64,000 bases of DNA from Terriglobia bacterium (lineage in GTDB: Bacteria; Acidobacteriota; Terriglobia; 20CM-2-55-15): contig CBDAOY010000007.1 of NCBI GenBank assembly GCA_965198225.1, positions 704,001 to 768,000 on the forward strand, given 5' to 3'. The position numbers and the translations under genes were made by a program. Shown here piece by piece: positions 8,961-20,304 of this stretch. How positions within the stretch are numbered: the stretch's first letter is position 1; each line of letters begins with the position of its first letter. The notes under the pieces are model-generated. The model searched no databases. It was not told the origin of the DNA and was given only the letters and a program-made list of their open reading frames with translations.

Positions 8961-11577
8961 GCTGCCCAAGATCTACAACTTCCAGGAAGTCGAATCCCAC
9001 TGGTACGACTTCTGGGAATCGAATGGTTATTTCCGCGCGGACGCCGCCTCCGAGAATCCCGCCTTCGTAATAGTGATGCCGCCTCCCAACGTTACCGGGT
9101 CTCTCCACATGGGTCATATGCTCAACAACACCGTCCATGACGTGATCGTGCGGCGCAAACGCATGCAGGGTTTCAATACCCTGTGGCTTCCGGGGACGGA
9201 CCACGCCGGAATCGCAACCCAGAACGTCGTCGAGCGACAGCTGAGCGAAGACGGGCTATCCCGTCACGATCTGGGTCGCGAGAAATTCGTGGAGCGCGTC
9301 TGGGAGTGGAAGCGGGAATACGGCAACCTCATCACGAAGCAGATCCGGCGGATCGGGGCGTCGTGCGACTGGTCCCGGGAACGTTTTACGCTCGATCAGG
9401 GATTGTCGCGAGCCGTTCGCGAGGTCTTCGTGCGGTTGTACGATGAAGGGCTCATCTACCGCGGCAAGCGGCTGATCAACTGGTGTCCGCGTTGCCAAAC
9501 TGCGCTTTCGGACCTGGAGGTCCAGCACGATGCCGTCGAAGGCAAGCTCTACCACATCCGCTACCCGATCAAGGACTCTGAAGGGGAGTTCGTCGAAGTT
9601 GCGACGACGCGCCCGGAGACGATGTTGGGCGATACCGGCGTCGCGGTCCATCCCGAGGACGAACGCTACGCTCATCTCAGGGGCATGTCTGCAACGCTTC
9701 CCCTGATCGGTCGCGAACTGCCGTTCATCCAGGACGATGTCGTCGAGAGGGAGTTCGGCACCGGCGTGGTCAAGGTGACCCCTGCCCACGATCCCAACGA
9801 TTTCGACATGGGAAACCGGCACGGGCTCGAGCAGGTCAGCGTCATAGACGGGGAAGGGGCCATTACCTCCGAAGGCGGATCTTACGCGGGACTCGATCGG
9901 TTCGAGGCGCGAAAACGAGTGCTCCAGGACCTCGAAGCGCAGGAGCTCCTCGTGAAAGTGGACGCCCACACGCACAACGTGGGTCATTGTTCCAGGTGCA
10001 AGACGATCGTCGAACCGCTGCTGTCGGTCCAGTGGTTCGTCCAGATCGCGCCGCTTGCCAGCGAGGCGATCCGGGCGGTCGAGGAGCACGAAACACAGTT
10101 CGTTCCGTCCAATTGGGCGAAAACGTATTTCGAGTGGATGTACAACATCCGCGACTGGTGCATATCCCGTCAACTCTGGTGGGGGCATCGCATCCCGGCC
10201 TGGTATTGCGGGGACTGCGGCGAAATCCTTGTCTCGCGCTCGGATCCGACCACTTGCTCAAAATGTGGGTCCGGCGAGCTGAGGCAGGACGAGGATGTTC
10301 TCGACACGTGGTTCAGTTCGGCCCTCTGGCCGTTCTCAACAATGGGCTGGCCCGAAGAGACCGCGGACCTCAAAGTGTTCTACCCGACGAGTCTCCTGGT
10401 CACCGGCTTCGACATCATCTTTTTCTGGGTGGCCCGGATGATGATGGCCGGCACGAAGTTCATGGGCGACGTTCCGTTTCGGGAGGTCTACATCACGGGG
10501 CTGGTCCGTGACATAGACCGCCAGAAGCTATCTAAGTCTAAGGGTAACGTTGGAGACCCGCTGGTCATATGCGACGAATACGGGACCGACGCGGTCCGCT
10601 TTACCCTGGCCCGTCTTGGCGCGCCCGGTTCCGACCTGGTTCTTTCCGCGGATCAGCTGGACGGGTACCGCGCGTTTTCGACCAAGATCTGGAACGCGGC
10701 GCGCTTCATGCTCGGCCACGTCGACGATTCCGACCGGCTGGCCACGTCCGACGAGCTTCGGGCGATGGATCTGCCGCTCGCGGATCGGTGGATCCTCTCC
10801 CGCCTTTCACGCACGGTCGAGTCGGTCAACGCAGCGATGGATCGCTATTTTCTGCACGAAGCGGCCCGGAGCGTGTACCAGTTTTTCTGGCACGAGTTCT
10901 GCGACTGGTACCTGGAGATGGTCAAGCTGCATCCCGACCGCTCCAAACCCGTGTTGATCTATGTCTTCGAGAGCGCGCTCCGCCTACTGCACCCGTTCAT
11001 GCCGTTCATCACCGAAGAACTCTGGCAGCGGATCCCTCACAGGGGCGAGTCCATCGTCGTCGCTCCCTATCCCGAAATCGCACCCGGCCTCGTCGACGAT
11101 CACGCGGAGGCGCACGCGCGGCTGATACAGGAGATCATCGTCAAGGTCCGCAACATCCGGGCCGAGGTGAATGTGGAGGCCAAGCAGTTCGTCCCGCTCC
11201 GCGTTGCGACTGAAAACCCCGACGTCGAAGGAATGCTCGTCGAGCACGAGGACTACATCCACCGCCTGGCGAGGGTCGAGACCCTGGAGGTTCTCCCGGC
11301 GCTTTCGGGGGAGCGGGCCGCGGCGCAGGCCGTCGCCGCGGGAGTCTCGCTGGAGGTTCCGCTGGCCGGAGTCATCGACATCGATGGGGAACGATCCCGC
11401 CTGGAACGGGAGATAGACAAAGCCCGGAAGGAAATCGAGAGCCTGGAACGCAAGCTGTCGAACAAGAATTTCATCGATCGGGCCCCGGCGGAGGTTGTCG
11501 AGGAGAATCGGCGCAGACTCTCTGACTACCGGGATCAGGCCGCAAAGCTCACCGCCGGACTCGAACGACTGAAATGA
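8950..11577 (+). CDS. valS: Valine--tRNA ligase
   Basis: [40 protein letters not shown]-terminal coiled coil. Confidence 0.97.
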   Translation: MKVELPKIYNFQEVESHWYDFWESNGYFRADAASENPAFVIVMPPPNVTGSLHMGHMLNNTVHDVIVRRKRMQGFNTLWLPGTDHAGIATQNVVERQLSEDGLSRHDLGREKFVERVWEWKREYGNLITKQIRRIGASCDWSRERFTLDQGLSRAVREVFVRLYDEGLIYRGKRLINWCPRCQTALSDLEVQHDAVEGKLYHIRYPIKDSEGEFVEVATTRPETMLGDTGVAVHPEDERYAHLRGMSATLPLIGRELPFIQDDVVEREFGTGVVKVTPAHDPNDFDMGNRHGLEQVSVIDGEGAITSEGGSYAGLDRFEARKRVLQDLEAQELLVKVDAHTHNVGHCSRCKTIVEPLLSVQWFVQIAPLASEAIRAVEEHETQFVPSNWAKTYFEWMYNIRDWCISRQLWWGHRIPAWYCGDCGEILVSRSDPTTCSKCGSGELRQDEDVLDTWFSSALWPFSTMGWPEETADLKVFYPTSLLVTGFDIIFFWVARMMMAGTKFMGDVPFREVYITGLVRDIDRQKLSKSKGNVGDPLVICDEYGTDAVRFTLARLGAPGSDLVLSADQLDGYRAFSTKIWNAARFMLGHVDDSDRLATSDELRAMDLPLADRWILSRLSRTVESVNAAMDRYFLHEAARSVYQFFWHEFCDWYLEMVKLHPDRSKPVLIYVFESALRLLHPFMPFITEELWQRIPHRGESIVVAPYPEIAPGLVDDHAEAHARLIQEIIVKVRNIRAEVNVEAKQFVPLRVATENPDVEGMLVEHEDYIHRLARVETLEVLPALSGERAAAQAVAAGVSLEVPLAGVIDIDGERSRLEREIDKARKEIESLERKLSNKNFIDRAPAEVVEENRRRLSDYRDQAAKLTAGLERLK

Positions 11578-11612
11578 AGCCCGGGACCATCGATCGCTGC
11601 ACCCGATCCTGA

Positions 11613-12458
11613 ATGAACTCCATCGATCTCAGTCTGCTTCGCCAGAGTCTGCTCGCTGCCATCCGCGAAGACGTCGGCAGCGGCGACCTTACCGCACGAG
11701 CGACCATCGAGGCCGGGAGCGAGGCTCGGGCCGAGTTTGTTTCCAAGCAGAACCTCGTCGCCTGCGGTGTGAGGGTTGCAGGAGAAGTACTTCGCTTGTG
11801 CGATCCAGAACTCGCTTTCAGACCGCTGGTGTCGGACGGCGACTCCGTCGCTACGGGCGGCGCGCTCGCCGAGGTCGGCGGTCGAGCGTCTTCCATCCTG
11901 GCGGCCGAGAGAACAGCCCTGAACTACCTGCAGCGACTCTCAGGCATCGCCACGGCGACTTGTGAGTACGTCGCCAGGATCAGTGGTACCGGTGCGCGGC
12001 TCGTCGATACCCGCAAGACTGTTCCCGGCATGCGGCAGCTCGACAAGTATGCTGTCCGGTGCGGGGGCGGGCTGAACCACAGGGTCGGTCTCTTCGATGG
12101 GGTCCTCATCAAGAGCAACCACCTGGCCTTCCACACGGGCGTTGGAGACGCTCTGGAGGCGGCACGAACCCGGCTGGGCCACCTGGTCAAGCTGGAAGTC
12201 GAGGTTCGGAAGCCGGACGAACTCCGCCAGGCGATCGTGGCCGACGCGGACGTCATCATGCTGGACAACTTCAGCCCCGCCGAAACCCGTGAAGCCGTCG
12301 AGGTCGTTGCCGGTCGGATTCCCCTCGAGTCTTCCGGCGGGATCACGCTGGAGAACATTCGCGAGTTCGCTGAAGCCGGCGTCGATTACATTTCTGTCGG
12401 TGCGCTGACACATTCGGTGAGGGCGGCCGACATCCATCTGCGCATTTTCCCGGAGTGA
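11613..12458 (+). CDS. nadC: Nicotinate-nucleotide pyrophosphorylase (carboxylating)
   Basis: ERTALN, DTRKT, NHRVGL, MLDNF, SGGI, ISVGALTHS. Confidence 0.96.
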   Translation: MNSIDLSLLRQSLLAAIREDVGSGDLTARATIEAGSEARAEFVSKQNLVACGVRVAGEVLRLCDPELAFRPLVSDGDSVATGGALAEVGGRASSILAAERTALNYLQRLSGIATATCEYVARISGTGARLVDTRKTVPGMRQLDKYAVRCGGGLNHRVGLFDGVLIKSNHLAFHTGVGDALEAARTRLGHLVKLEVEVRKPDELRQAIVADADVIMLDNFSPAETREAVEVVAGRIPLESSGGITLENIREFAEAGVDYISVGALTHSVRAADIHLRIFPE

Positions 12459-13474
12459 GTGGAGCCGTGAAGCCGGACCCCAACACCACCCTCGATCAGA
12501 GTCTGGACGCTGTTCTTCATTTCCTCATGCAGAACATGACGGTTTCGGTATCCGGCGAGAAGCTCGCCCGCGATCTCGGGGTCCCGCACTCCCGGGTCGT
12601 CCGCTGGGTGGACAGGTTGCGGTCCGAGGGCATTGACATCCTCGGCGAAGCCTTCACCGGATTCCGCCTGACGCGGCTGCCCGATGTCCTGCTCCCCCAG
12701 TTGATCCGGGACCGGCTGCACACCCGGGCTTTCGGAAGGAACCTGTACCACCTCTACAGTGTCGAATCGACGAACAGCTACGCTGCAGACCTGCTGGGCC
12801 AGGAGAAACTCGCTCCTCACGGCACGGTGGTGGTGGCCGAGAGGCAGACCGCAGGCCGCGGCCGTATGGGCAGAAGCTGGATTTCCAGGCCGGAGGTTGG
12901 GCTCTACACCTCCATCATCCTGCGGCCCGAGTTCTCCTCGAATCTCGCTCCGCTCTTGACCCTGGGGACTGCCGTCGCAGCCCATGACTCGATCGAACGC
13001 GCCACGGATCTGGAAGTTGACATCAAGTGGCCCAACGATCTTCTTATCGGCCGAAAGAAAATCTGTGGGATCCTCTCAGAATTGCAGGCCGAAGTCGACC
13101 GTGTTCGGGCGATGGTCATCGGTGTCGGCATCAACGTGAACCAAGATGAATTCCCCGACCAGATTGCCGACACGGCGACGTCGCTCCGGATGGAGTCGGG
13201 ACGGACGCACTCCCGAATCGAGATCCTCCTGGATTTTGTCCATGAGTTCGAGCGGCTCTATGAGCTGTTTTGCGAGAAAGGACCGTCCGCCATCATTGAC
13301 AAGTGGACGCGTCTGTCCAGCTTTGCGAACGGCCGGACGATCGAAGTCGACGACGGTGTGCGGCGTATCCGTGGCGAAACGGCTGGATTAAATGCACTGG
13401 GAGCGCTTCGGATTGCGCAGCCCGACGGCGACGTAGAGGAAGTCTACAGCGGCGACGTCGTACACTGGGAGTAA
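12455..13474 (+). CDS. birA: Bifunctional biotin ligase/repressor
   Basis: N-terminal HTH (SGEKLA), QTAGRGRMGRSW, IKWPND, KICGIL. Confidence 0.95.
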   Translation: MSGAVKPDPNTTLDQSLDAVLHFLMQNMTVSVSGEKLARDLGVPHSRVVRWVDRLRSEGIDILGEAFTGFRLTRLPDVLLPQLIRDRLHTRAFGRNLYHLYSVESTNSYAADLLGQEKLAPHGTVVVAERQTAGRGRMGRSWISRPEVGLYTSIILRPEFSSNLAPLLTLGTAVAAHDSIERATDLEVDIKWPNDLLIGRKKICGILSELQAEVDRVRAMVIGVGINVNQDEFPDQIADTATSLRMESGRTHSRIEILLDFVHEFERLYELFCEKGPSAIIDKWTRLSSFANGRTIEVDDGVRRIRGETAGLNALGALRIAQPDGDVEEVYSGDVVHWE

Positions 13475-13481
13475 GCAGAGG

Positions 13482-14249
13482 ATGCTACTGGCGATAGATC
13501 TCGGAAACACGAACACGGTCTTCGGCGTTTACGACTACGGGAACCTCGCGAAGAGTTGGCGGCTGTCCACCCAGAAGGCGCGAACGGTCGACGAGTACGG
13601 CATTCTCCTGCGAAACCTGTTTGCACTCGAGCAACTCGACGTCGGGTTGATCGATGCCGTCATTATCGCTTCGGTCGTACCGCCGCTGGACCCCACCCTG
13701 GATGGGATGGTCCGGCGCTACTTTTCGGTGGAACCGATTTTCGTGTCTCCGGAAAACGCCGGCATTCCCATCCTCTACCACGATCCCAGTGAGGTTGGAG
13801 CCGACCGAATCGTGGACGCGGTCGCCGCCGTGGAACGCTACGGCGCGCCGGCGATCATCGTCGATCTGGGAACCGCGACGACCTTCGATGGGATTACCAG
13901 AGAGGGCGCGTACCTGGGAGGGTTGATCGCCCCCGGCATAGAGATTTCGGCTCGGGCCTTGACGGACAGGGCGGCCCGGCTACCTCGGGTCGACATCCAG
14001 AAACCGACCGAATTGATCGGTCGCTCCACGGAAGCCAGCATGCAAAGTGGCTTTTTCTGGGGGTACGTGTCGCTGGTCGACGGGATCATCGACAGAATGA
14101 AGGTTGAACTGGGGGACGCCGCCCACGTCATCGGGACCGGAGGGATGGCCCGTTTCGTCGAGGGAGAATCGAAGTGGGTCTCGACGATCGATCAGGATCT
14201 TACGCTGGACGGTTTGTACCTGGTGGCGAAGAGACTGGGAGCGGCGTGA
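13482..14249 (+). CDS. coaX: Type III pantothenate kinase
   Basis: IDLGNTNT, VGADRI, DLGTATT, IGTGG. Confidence 0.95.
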   Translation: MLLAIDLGNTNTVFGVYDYGNLAKSWRLSTQKARTVDEYGILLRNLFALEQLDVGLIDAVIIASVVPPLDPTLDGMVRRYFSVEPIFVSPENAGIPILYHDPSEVGADRIVDAVAAVERYGAPAIIVDLGTATTFDGITREGAYLGGLIAPGIEISARALTDRAARLPRVDIQKPTELIGRSTEASMQSGFFWGYVSLVDGIIDRMKVELGDAAHVIGTGGMARFVEGESKWVSTIDQDLTLDGLYLVAKRLGAA

Positions 14250-14362
14250 GCAGAATCGAGAGCCTGCGTCGGCTAGGGTTTGCATGATGGTGTTTCGTGT
14301 CATAATTCACGGATTGGGAATCATTTAGGCTGAACTCGGGACAGCCGAGAGGGGAGGACGAA

Positions 14363-16108
14363 ATGAATCGTCAATTTGGAGCATTCCTGCTGGCGGCCAT
14401 GATGGTAATTGGCGGATGCGGAGGTAGGGACCGCGGAACCGATCTGGTTGCAGGAGCGGATCAGACACCAGTGGAAGGGGACTGGCTCGTGCTGGCGTAC
14501 GACGCCGAAGCCGATACCTTGAACCGGATTATTTCCAACAATGCCTACACCGGGTACATCATGGAGGGAGCGATGGGCTCCATGGTTGGGGAGTTCCTGC
14601 TTTCCTACGACCCGGAGACCTGGCGCACCGACAGGCCTCTCCTGGCGGAATCGTATCCCGAAATCTCTGAAGACCACTTGATTTACACTTTCGTCGTCCG
14701 GGACGGAGTGCGCTGGCATGACGGCCAGACTTTCACCGCCGCCGACGTGTTGTTTTCGGCGAAAGCGATGATGAATCCGTTCACCGATTCGGCTTCGCTG
14801 CGCGGCTACTTTGCGGATCTTGCCGACGTTCAAGTCAACGGTCGAGAGATCCGGTTCGAAATGAGCAAGCCGTATTGGATGAACGACGACGCGCTGGGAA
14901 CGACACTGCCTATTCTTCCTAAGCACGTCCACGATCCCGAAGGCGTTCTGGACGACTATTCATACCGCGACATTGTCAGTGCGTCCGCACGCGAGGACGC
15001 CACGCTGCGAGAATTCGGGGAGCTGTTCAACGAAAACCCCGCCAATCGGCAACCCATTGGGACGGGGCCGTACAAGTTCGAGAGCTGGGAGAGCGGCTCT
15101 GAGATGATTCTGGTCCGCAACGACGACTACTGGGGTGAAAAAGCTTACCTCGAACGGATTCTCATCCGATTCATAACCGACGATACGGCCCGGTTGACGG
15201 CCCTGAAAGCCGGCGAAATCGACTTCGACACTCGATTGACGCCGATCCAGTATGCGCGGCAGACCAGTGGCGCGAGCTTTGACTCCGAATTCGCGAAGGC
15301 GAGCTTCAACATCCCGCAGCTTTCCTACATCGTCTGGAATTCCCTGCGCCCGTTCTTCGCCGACAAACGTGTTCGTCAGGCGATGACGATGCTGATTCCC
15401 CGACAGCAGATCATCGACAGCCTACGGTTCGGTCTCGCCCAGATTGCCGTCTCGAATTTCAACCCGAGCTCCCCGGATTTCCACACGGGGCTGGAACCAT
15501 TTCCTTATGATCCCGATCGCGCCATGGCGCTGCTGGATGAAGCGGGCTGGATCGACCATGATGGCGACGGGATTCGAGACAAGGACGGGGTGCAATTCAG
15601 CTTCGAGTTCCTCGGTTCCGTCAGCAGCTCGTTCACGGATCAGCTGCTCCCGATCCTGAAGGAGGAGTTCGGACAGGCCGGTATCGAGATGACGGAACGG
15701 CGGCTGGAGTTCACCGTCGTCATCGAGAACGTCCGCGACAGGCAGTACGACGCCTACGCGGGGGCCTGGCTGAGCGGCCTGCAGCAGGATCCCTACCAGT
15801 TGTGGCATTCGAGTTCGATCGGGAACCGGGGGTCCAATTTTGGCAGCTTCGACAATCCGGAAGCAGACAGGCTCATGGAAGAGGCGCGGACGGAATTCGA
15901 TCCGGAAAAACGGAAGCAACTCTACTGGCGGTTTCAGGAAATTCTTCACGAGGAGCAGCCGTACACATTCATGCTCTATCCGCAGGAATCGGTGACCTAT
16001 CACCGCCGATTCCAGGGTGTCGATTTCCTCCCTGTCCGACCCGGCTACGACCTGACGAAGTGGTTCGTACCCCTGGTTTCCCAACGCTACTCTGCGGTGA
16101 CTCCCTAA
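14363..16108 (+). CDS. Peptide ABC transporter substrate-binding lipoprotein (family 5, AppA/DppA-like)
   Basis: Lipobox IGGC, VRWHDGQTFTAADV, PIGTGPYKF, DKRVRQAM, DHDGDGIRDKDG. Confidence 0.92.
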   Translation: MNRQFGAFLLAAMMVIGGCGGRDRGTDLVAGADQTPVEGDWLVLAYDAEADTLNRIISNNAYTGYIMEGAMGSMVGEFLLSYDPETWRTDRPLLAESYPEISEDHLIYTFVVRDGVRWHDGQTFTAADVLFSAKAMMNPFTDSASLRGYFADLADVQVNGREIRFEMSKPYWMNDDALGTTLPILPKHVHDPEGVLDDYSYRDIVSASAREDATLREFGELFNENPANRQPIGTGPYKFESWESGSEMILVRNDDYWGEKAYLERILIRFITDDTARLTALKAGEIDFDTRLTPIQYARQTSGASFDSEFAKASFNIPQLSYIVWNSLRPFFADKRVRQAMTMLIPRQQIIDSLRFGLAQIAVSNFNPSSPDFHTGLEPFPYDPDRAMALLDEAGWIDHDGDGIRDKDGVQFSFEFLGSVSSSFTDQLLPILKEEFGQAGIEMTERRLEFTVVIENVRDRQYDAYAGAWLSGLQQDPYQLWHSSSIGNRGSNFGSFDNPEADRLMEEARTEFDPEKRKQLYWRFQEILHEEQPYTFMLYPQESVTYHRRFQGVDFLPVRPGYDLTKWFVPLVSQRYSAVTP

Positions 16109-16140
16109 TCGAGTCCCCCGGGGCGATCTGCTGCCGTCAG

Positions 16141-16299
16141 GTCGCCCTCCGCCGCAACCCTCCGGGCCGATGGGGGTTGGGGTCGATCTCTTTGTCGTTC
16201 GTCGTCATGATGAAACCGCATCAATTCCTCCTCTCTCCTCGACCTCGACTGGCAAGACCCATCGGCGATGGTGCCGATATCTCCGTTACAGGCCACTAG
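16141..16299. mobile_element. Partial MITE-like element related to 33015-33282
   Basis: Shares ccgccgcaacc...gatggg and gcaag.cccatcggcga...gttacagg.cact with the 33 kb element; ends in CTAG directly before the next ATG. Confidence 0.6.
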
Positions 16300-17304
16300 A
16301 TGCAAAGCTATCTGCTCAAACGGATCCTTTTGATGATCCCGACACTGGTCGGGATCTCCATGGTTTCGTTCCTCATTATCCAGCTGGCACCGGGAGATCC
16401 CGCGACGATGAGGCTCGGCGACGGGCAGGGCATACGGGACCAGGCGATGGCAGAGAAGATCATCAAGGAGACCCGCGCGCTGTACGGTCTGGATCGCCCC
16501 CTGCACGTGCAATACGCAAGTTGGTTCAAGCGCATCATCACCCTGGACTTCGGCCGTTCTCTCAAGGATCAGCGGCCTGTTTGGGACAAGCTCAAGGAAC
16601 GTGTTCCAGTATCCATCCAGCTCAGCGGCATTTCACTTCTTCTGGCCTACCTGATTTCCATTCCTGTCGGAATCTACTCCGCGACGCACCAGTATACGAA
16701 GACCGACCAGGCGACGACGGTGTTCCTCTTTACGCTCTACTCGCTGCCGAATTTCTGGGTGGCGACGCTGGGCATCGTCTACCTCGGTGGCGGCGATTTT
16801 CTGGACGTGTTCCCCGTGTTCGGCCTGCAGACGATCGGGTCTGAGAGCTGGCCCCTGTGGGACCAGATCAAGGATCGAGCGTGGCATCTGACGCTTCCGG
16901 TGATCTGCATGACCTACTACACCTTCGCCGCGCTGTCGCGGTACATGCGCTCCTCCATGCTGGAAGTCGTCCGCCAGGACTTCATCCGCACTGCGCGCTC
17001 CAAGGGATTGAGCGAGCGGCTCGTGATCTACCGCCATGCGCTCCGGAATTCTCTGATCCCAATCGTCACGCTGATGGCCGACCTGCTGCCGGCGCTCATC
17101 GGCGGGAGCATCGTCATCGAGTACATCTTCTCGATTCCGGGGATGGGGCAGTTGACTTTCGACGCCGTGCTTTCGCGGGACTATCCGGTCGTCATGGCGG
17201 TTTTCACGATCAGCGCTCTGCTGACCCTTCTGGGAATCCTGATCGCCGACGTTCTCTACACCGTCGTCGACCCGAGGATCACGTATGGCAGACGGACTGC
17301 GTAG
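16300..17304 (+). CDS. Peptide ABC transporter permease (OppB/DppB family)
   Basis: LAPGDPA, YGLDRP, EAA-type QDFIRTARSKGL, RHALRN, RDYPVV. Confidence 0.93.
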   Translation: MQSYLLKRILLMIPTLVGISMVSFLIIQLAPGDPATMRLGDGQGIRDQAMAEKIIKETRALYGLDRPLHVQYASWFKRIITLDFGRSLKDQRPVWDKLKERVPVSIQLSGISLLLAYLISIPVGIYSATHQYTKTDQATTVFLFTLYSLPNFWVATLGIVYLGGGDFLDVFPVFGLQTIGSESWPLWDQIKDRAWHLTLPVICMTYYTFAALSRYMRSSMLEVVRQDFIRTARSKGLSERLVIYRHALRNSLIPIVTLMADLLPALIGGSIVIEYIFSIPGMGQLTFDAVLSRDYPVVMAVFTISALLTLLGILIADVLYTVVDPRITYGRRTA

Positions 17305-18370
17305 CGTCGAATCACGGCCCCTGGAAAGCGAAAGCGGGGTTCGTTCTGGCGCGTCGGAAGCCTACTGGTCGATCATCATCCGCCAGTTCCGCAAGAACAA
17401 GGTGGCCATGGTCGGACTTGTCCTGGTCATCCTGCTCTTTCTGCTTGCGCTGACGGCCGACTTTGTCGCGAACGATAAGCCCCTGGCGATGCGCTACGAC
17501 GGCGCAATCTACCTTCCGGTGTTCAAGAGCTATTCCGTCAAGCTGGGGATATCTCTCTGGCAGCCGGAGTTCCTGAACGTCAAGTACAAGGAGTTCACGG
17601 AGGAAAACTTCGGGGACGACGACTGGGCAGTGTTTCCGCCCGTCAAGTACTCGCCCAATGACATCGATCTTCTCTCGACGATTCAACCACCGTCGTCGGA
17701 GCACTGGCTGGGCACGGATGATATCGGGAGGGACATCGCCAGTCGGATGGTGCACGGCTCGCGGGTATCGCTGTCGGTCGGATTCGTCGCCGTCGCGATC
17801 TACGTCGCAATCGGGATGTTCATCGGGGCGCTTGCCGGATACTACGGCGGTGTCGTCGACATCATCGCCTCCCGCCTGATCGAGATCATGCTCACGATTC
17901 CGACCTTCTTTCTCATCATCACGGTCGTCGCGTTTCTGCCTCAGAGCATTTTCAACATCATGGTGGTCATCGGCCTGACGAGTTGGCCTACTGTGGCCCG
18001 TCTGACGCGCGGCGAGTTCCTCAAGACCAAGTCGCTGGAGTACGTGGTCGCCGCGCAGGCCCTGGGTGCCAGCGATGCCCGAACGATCCTGCGACATGTC
18101 CTGCCCAACACGCTGGCTCCCGTATTCGTCGCGGCGACGTTCGGGGTCGCTTCCGCAATCCTCATCGAATCGACTCTCAGCTTTCTAGGCTTCGGCGTTC
18201 CTCCGTCGACGGCGAGTTGGGGCGCGATCCTCTCGAGCGCGCGCACCCTGCTGCCCAGTGGATGGTGGCTCACTTTGTTTCCGGGCATGGCGATCTTCCT
18301 GACGGTGACTTCCTACAATTTGGTGGGGGAGGGGTTACGGGATGCGGCTGACCCACGTCTAAAGGGATAG
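17285..18370 (+). CDS. Peptide ABC transporter permease (OppC/DppC family)
   Basis: HWLGTDDIGRDI, EYVVAAQALGAS, RHVLPN, GEGLRDAADP. Confidence 0.93.
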   Translation: MADGLRSVESRPLESESGVRSGASEAYWSIIIRQFRKNKVAMVGLVLVILLFLLALTADFVANDKPLAMRYDGAIYLPVFKSYSVKLGISLWQPEFLNVKYKEFTEENFGDDDWAVFPPVKYSPNDIDLLSTIQPPSSEHWLGTDDIGRDIASRMVHGSRVSLSVGFVAVAIYVAIGMFIGALAGYYGGVVDIIASRLIEIMLTIPTFFLIITVVAFLPQSIFNIMVVIGLTSWPTVARLTRGEFLKTKSLEYVVAAQALGASDARTILRHVLPNTLAPVFVAATFGVASAILIESTLSFLGFGVPPSTASWGAILSSARTLLPSGWWLTLFPGMAIFLTVTSYNLVGEGLRDAADPRLKG

Positions 18371-18458
18371 TGGCCAGTGGTCAGTGACCAGAGGCCGGAA
18401 ACGGCTCGTAGGATCGGTGGCACGGGGACTCGGGGACTCTTATAATTAAGTCAATCGG

Positions 18459-19061
18459 ATGCCGCAGATTCGCACTTTCTACGATGAGCTTGGGATCGAT
18501 CGTGATGCCGGTCCGTCCGAGATCAAGCGTGCGTTCCGCGACGTTGCCAAGCAGTACCACCCCGACGTGAATCCTCCGGACAAGAAGGACTGGGCTCACG
18601 AACAGATGAGCCGCGTGAACTTCATCGCAGATACCCTCTTGAATTCCGAGACCCGGGCCGAATACGACGATCTTGTGTCAAAGTACGAACGCGGGTTCTT
18701 CCGCCGACCACGGCGGACCGCCCGGCAGGAATACGCGTTGCAGCGCGAATATGCCCGCGTGTCGGTGGAGATCATGAACCTGAGCGGCAAGTACTCCAAC
18801 TGCAGGCTCAAGATGGTGCTGGGCGGTTGCGTCAGCGGGTCTGCCATGCTGGTCCTGATCGTAATGTCGGTATTCTCGTCCGGAGCGTTCAGCCTCACTG
18901 TCGCGTTTGCCCGCTTCCTCGTCCTTGTTGGGCTCATCATGACCGGCATCGGCCTTTCGGATTACATGGCCCGGGGCCAGTACCGCCAGCAGATCCGGGA
19001 ACTGGAAATGCGCCGGTCGGATCTGCGCCGCCGTATGTATGAGGCGTGGACGATGTATTGA
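18459..19061 (+). CDS. J-domain (DnaJ class C) membrane protein
   Basis: FYDELG...YHPDVN J-domain; two C-terminal hydrophobic helices. Confidence 0.85.
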   Translation: MPQIRTFYDELGIDRDAGPSEIKRAFRDVAKQYHPDVNPPDKKDWAHEQMSRVNFIADTLLNSETRAEYDDLVSKYERGFFRRPRRTARQEYALQREYARVSVEIMNLSGKYSNCRLKMVLGGCVSGSAMLVLIVMSVFSSGAFSLTVAFARFLVLVGLIMTGIGLSDYMARGQYRQQIRELEMRRSDLRRRMYEAWTMY

Positions 19062-19331
19062 AGAGTCGTAGGCCGTTATCCGTAGGCTGTTGTCCGTTGG
19101 GGATCCGGAACGCAAGCCTCTCGGTCGGGGTGGGACTATTGCTTTCTCAGACTTTTCTGCTCAGCCAACACCCTTAGGGACGCAGATCGAAATCGATCTT
19201 GGATCCGAAACTGTTGCGCTCGGAGGGCGTCTCTCCTCCCACTAGGCTAGAACCTGGAAGGCTGGAGTTTGCTGTCGGTTGGGATCCCATCCCCTAACGG
19301 ACAACGGCCTACGGATAACGGCCTACGTCCC

Positions 19332-20300
19332 CTACTCCGCCACGAACACGCTCTGCGCGAACGGCCACTCCCCGTCCACCCATTGCACATCGCAGCGGAA
19401 GCCCGACTTACGGCCGATCTCGACAACTTCCTCGAGGTTGAACTTGTGGCTGCTCTCGGTCCAGATCCTCTCGTCTTCCCCCAGGGTGATGGCCAAGCCT
19501 GCCCCGGGAATCGTGACCTTCTGGTTTCGTTTCGATCGCAGGTACATTTCGATCCGCCGCTCCGCTTGGTTGTACATGGCCAAGTGATCGAATTGTGCCA
19601 GCTCGAAATCCGCTCCCAGTTCGCGGTTCAGCCGTGCCAGGATGTTCAGGTTGAACGCGGCTGTGGCACCGATGGAGTCGTTGTAGGCCGCGAGAACGCG
19701 TTCGACGGGTTTCTCCAGATCGGTTCCCAGATACAGGATGTCTCCGGTCTTCAGAATCAGCCGGAGCTTGCGCAGAAAATCGATCGCCACCGGCCTTTCG
19801 AAGTTACCGATCGTACTCCCAAGGAACAGCAGGAGCATCTGAGCTCCGCCAGGCCGTCGCGCCGCAGCCTGGCCGAGACCCTCGATGTATCCGCATTCGA
19901 GCGTCTGGACCTCGACGCCCTCGAGCTGCTCAAGCTCGAGTTTGCAGCGCTCCAAAGCTGCAGCGGAAATGTCGATCGGAAGGTAGGTTACCGGTCCCCG
20001 CCTGGCGAGGGCCGACAGGATCCAACGCGTTTTCGTACCGCTTCCGCTACCGAGCTCCGAGACCAGTACTCTGGAGTCGAGTCGTTCGACGAGGTCGGGC
20101 GCATGACGTTCGAGCAGCCGTTCTCCGGCGCGGGTCAGGCCGTACTCGGGCAGCAACGTGATCACGTCGAAGAGAGCGGAGCCGATGGCATCGTAGAGGT
20201 ATTGGAAGTGCAGCTCTTTCTGGCCTTTCCGGCCGAGACCGCTTTGGACGTCTGCAATCAATCGGAGAGCTGCCTTCGCAGCCATGGGCCCAGTTGACAT
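19332..20300 (-). CDS. egtD: L-histidine N-alpha-methyltransferase
   Basis: YLYD..GSALF...LPEY, ELGSGSGTKT, GSTIGNF, AYND..G.TAAFNLN, RIEMYL, TESSHKF. Confidence 0.92.
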   Translation of the reverse strand: MSTGPMAAKAALRLIADVQSGLGRKGQKELHFQYLYDAIGSALFDVITLLPEYGLTRAGERLLERHAPDLVERLDSRVLVSELGSGSGTKTRWILSALARRGPVTYLPIDISAAALERCKLELEQLEGVEVQTLECGYIEGLGQAAARRPGGAQMLLLFLGSTIGNFERPVAIDFLRKLRLILKTGDILYLGTDLEKPVERVLAAYNDSIGATAAFNLNILARLNRELGADFELAQFDHLAMYNQAERRIEMYLRSKRNQKVTIPGAGLAITLGEDERIWTESSHKFNLEEVVEIGRKSGFRCDVQWVDGEWPFAQSVFVAE

Positions 20301-20304
20301 CGTG

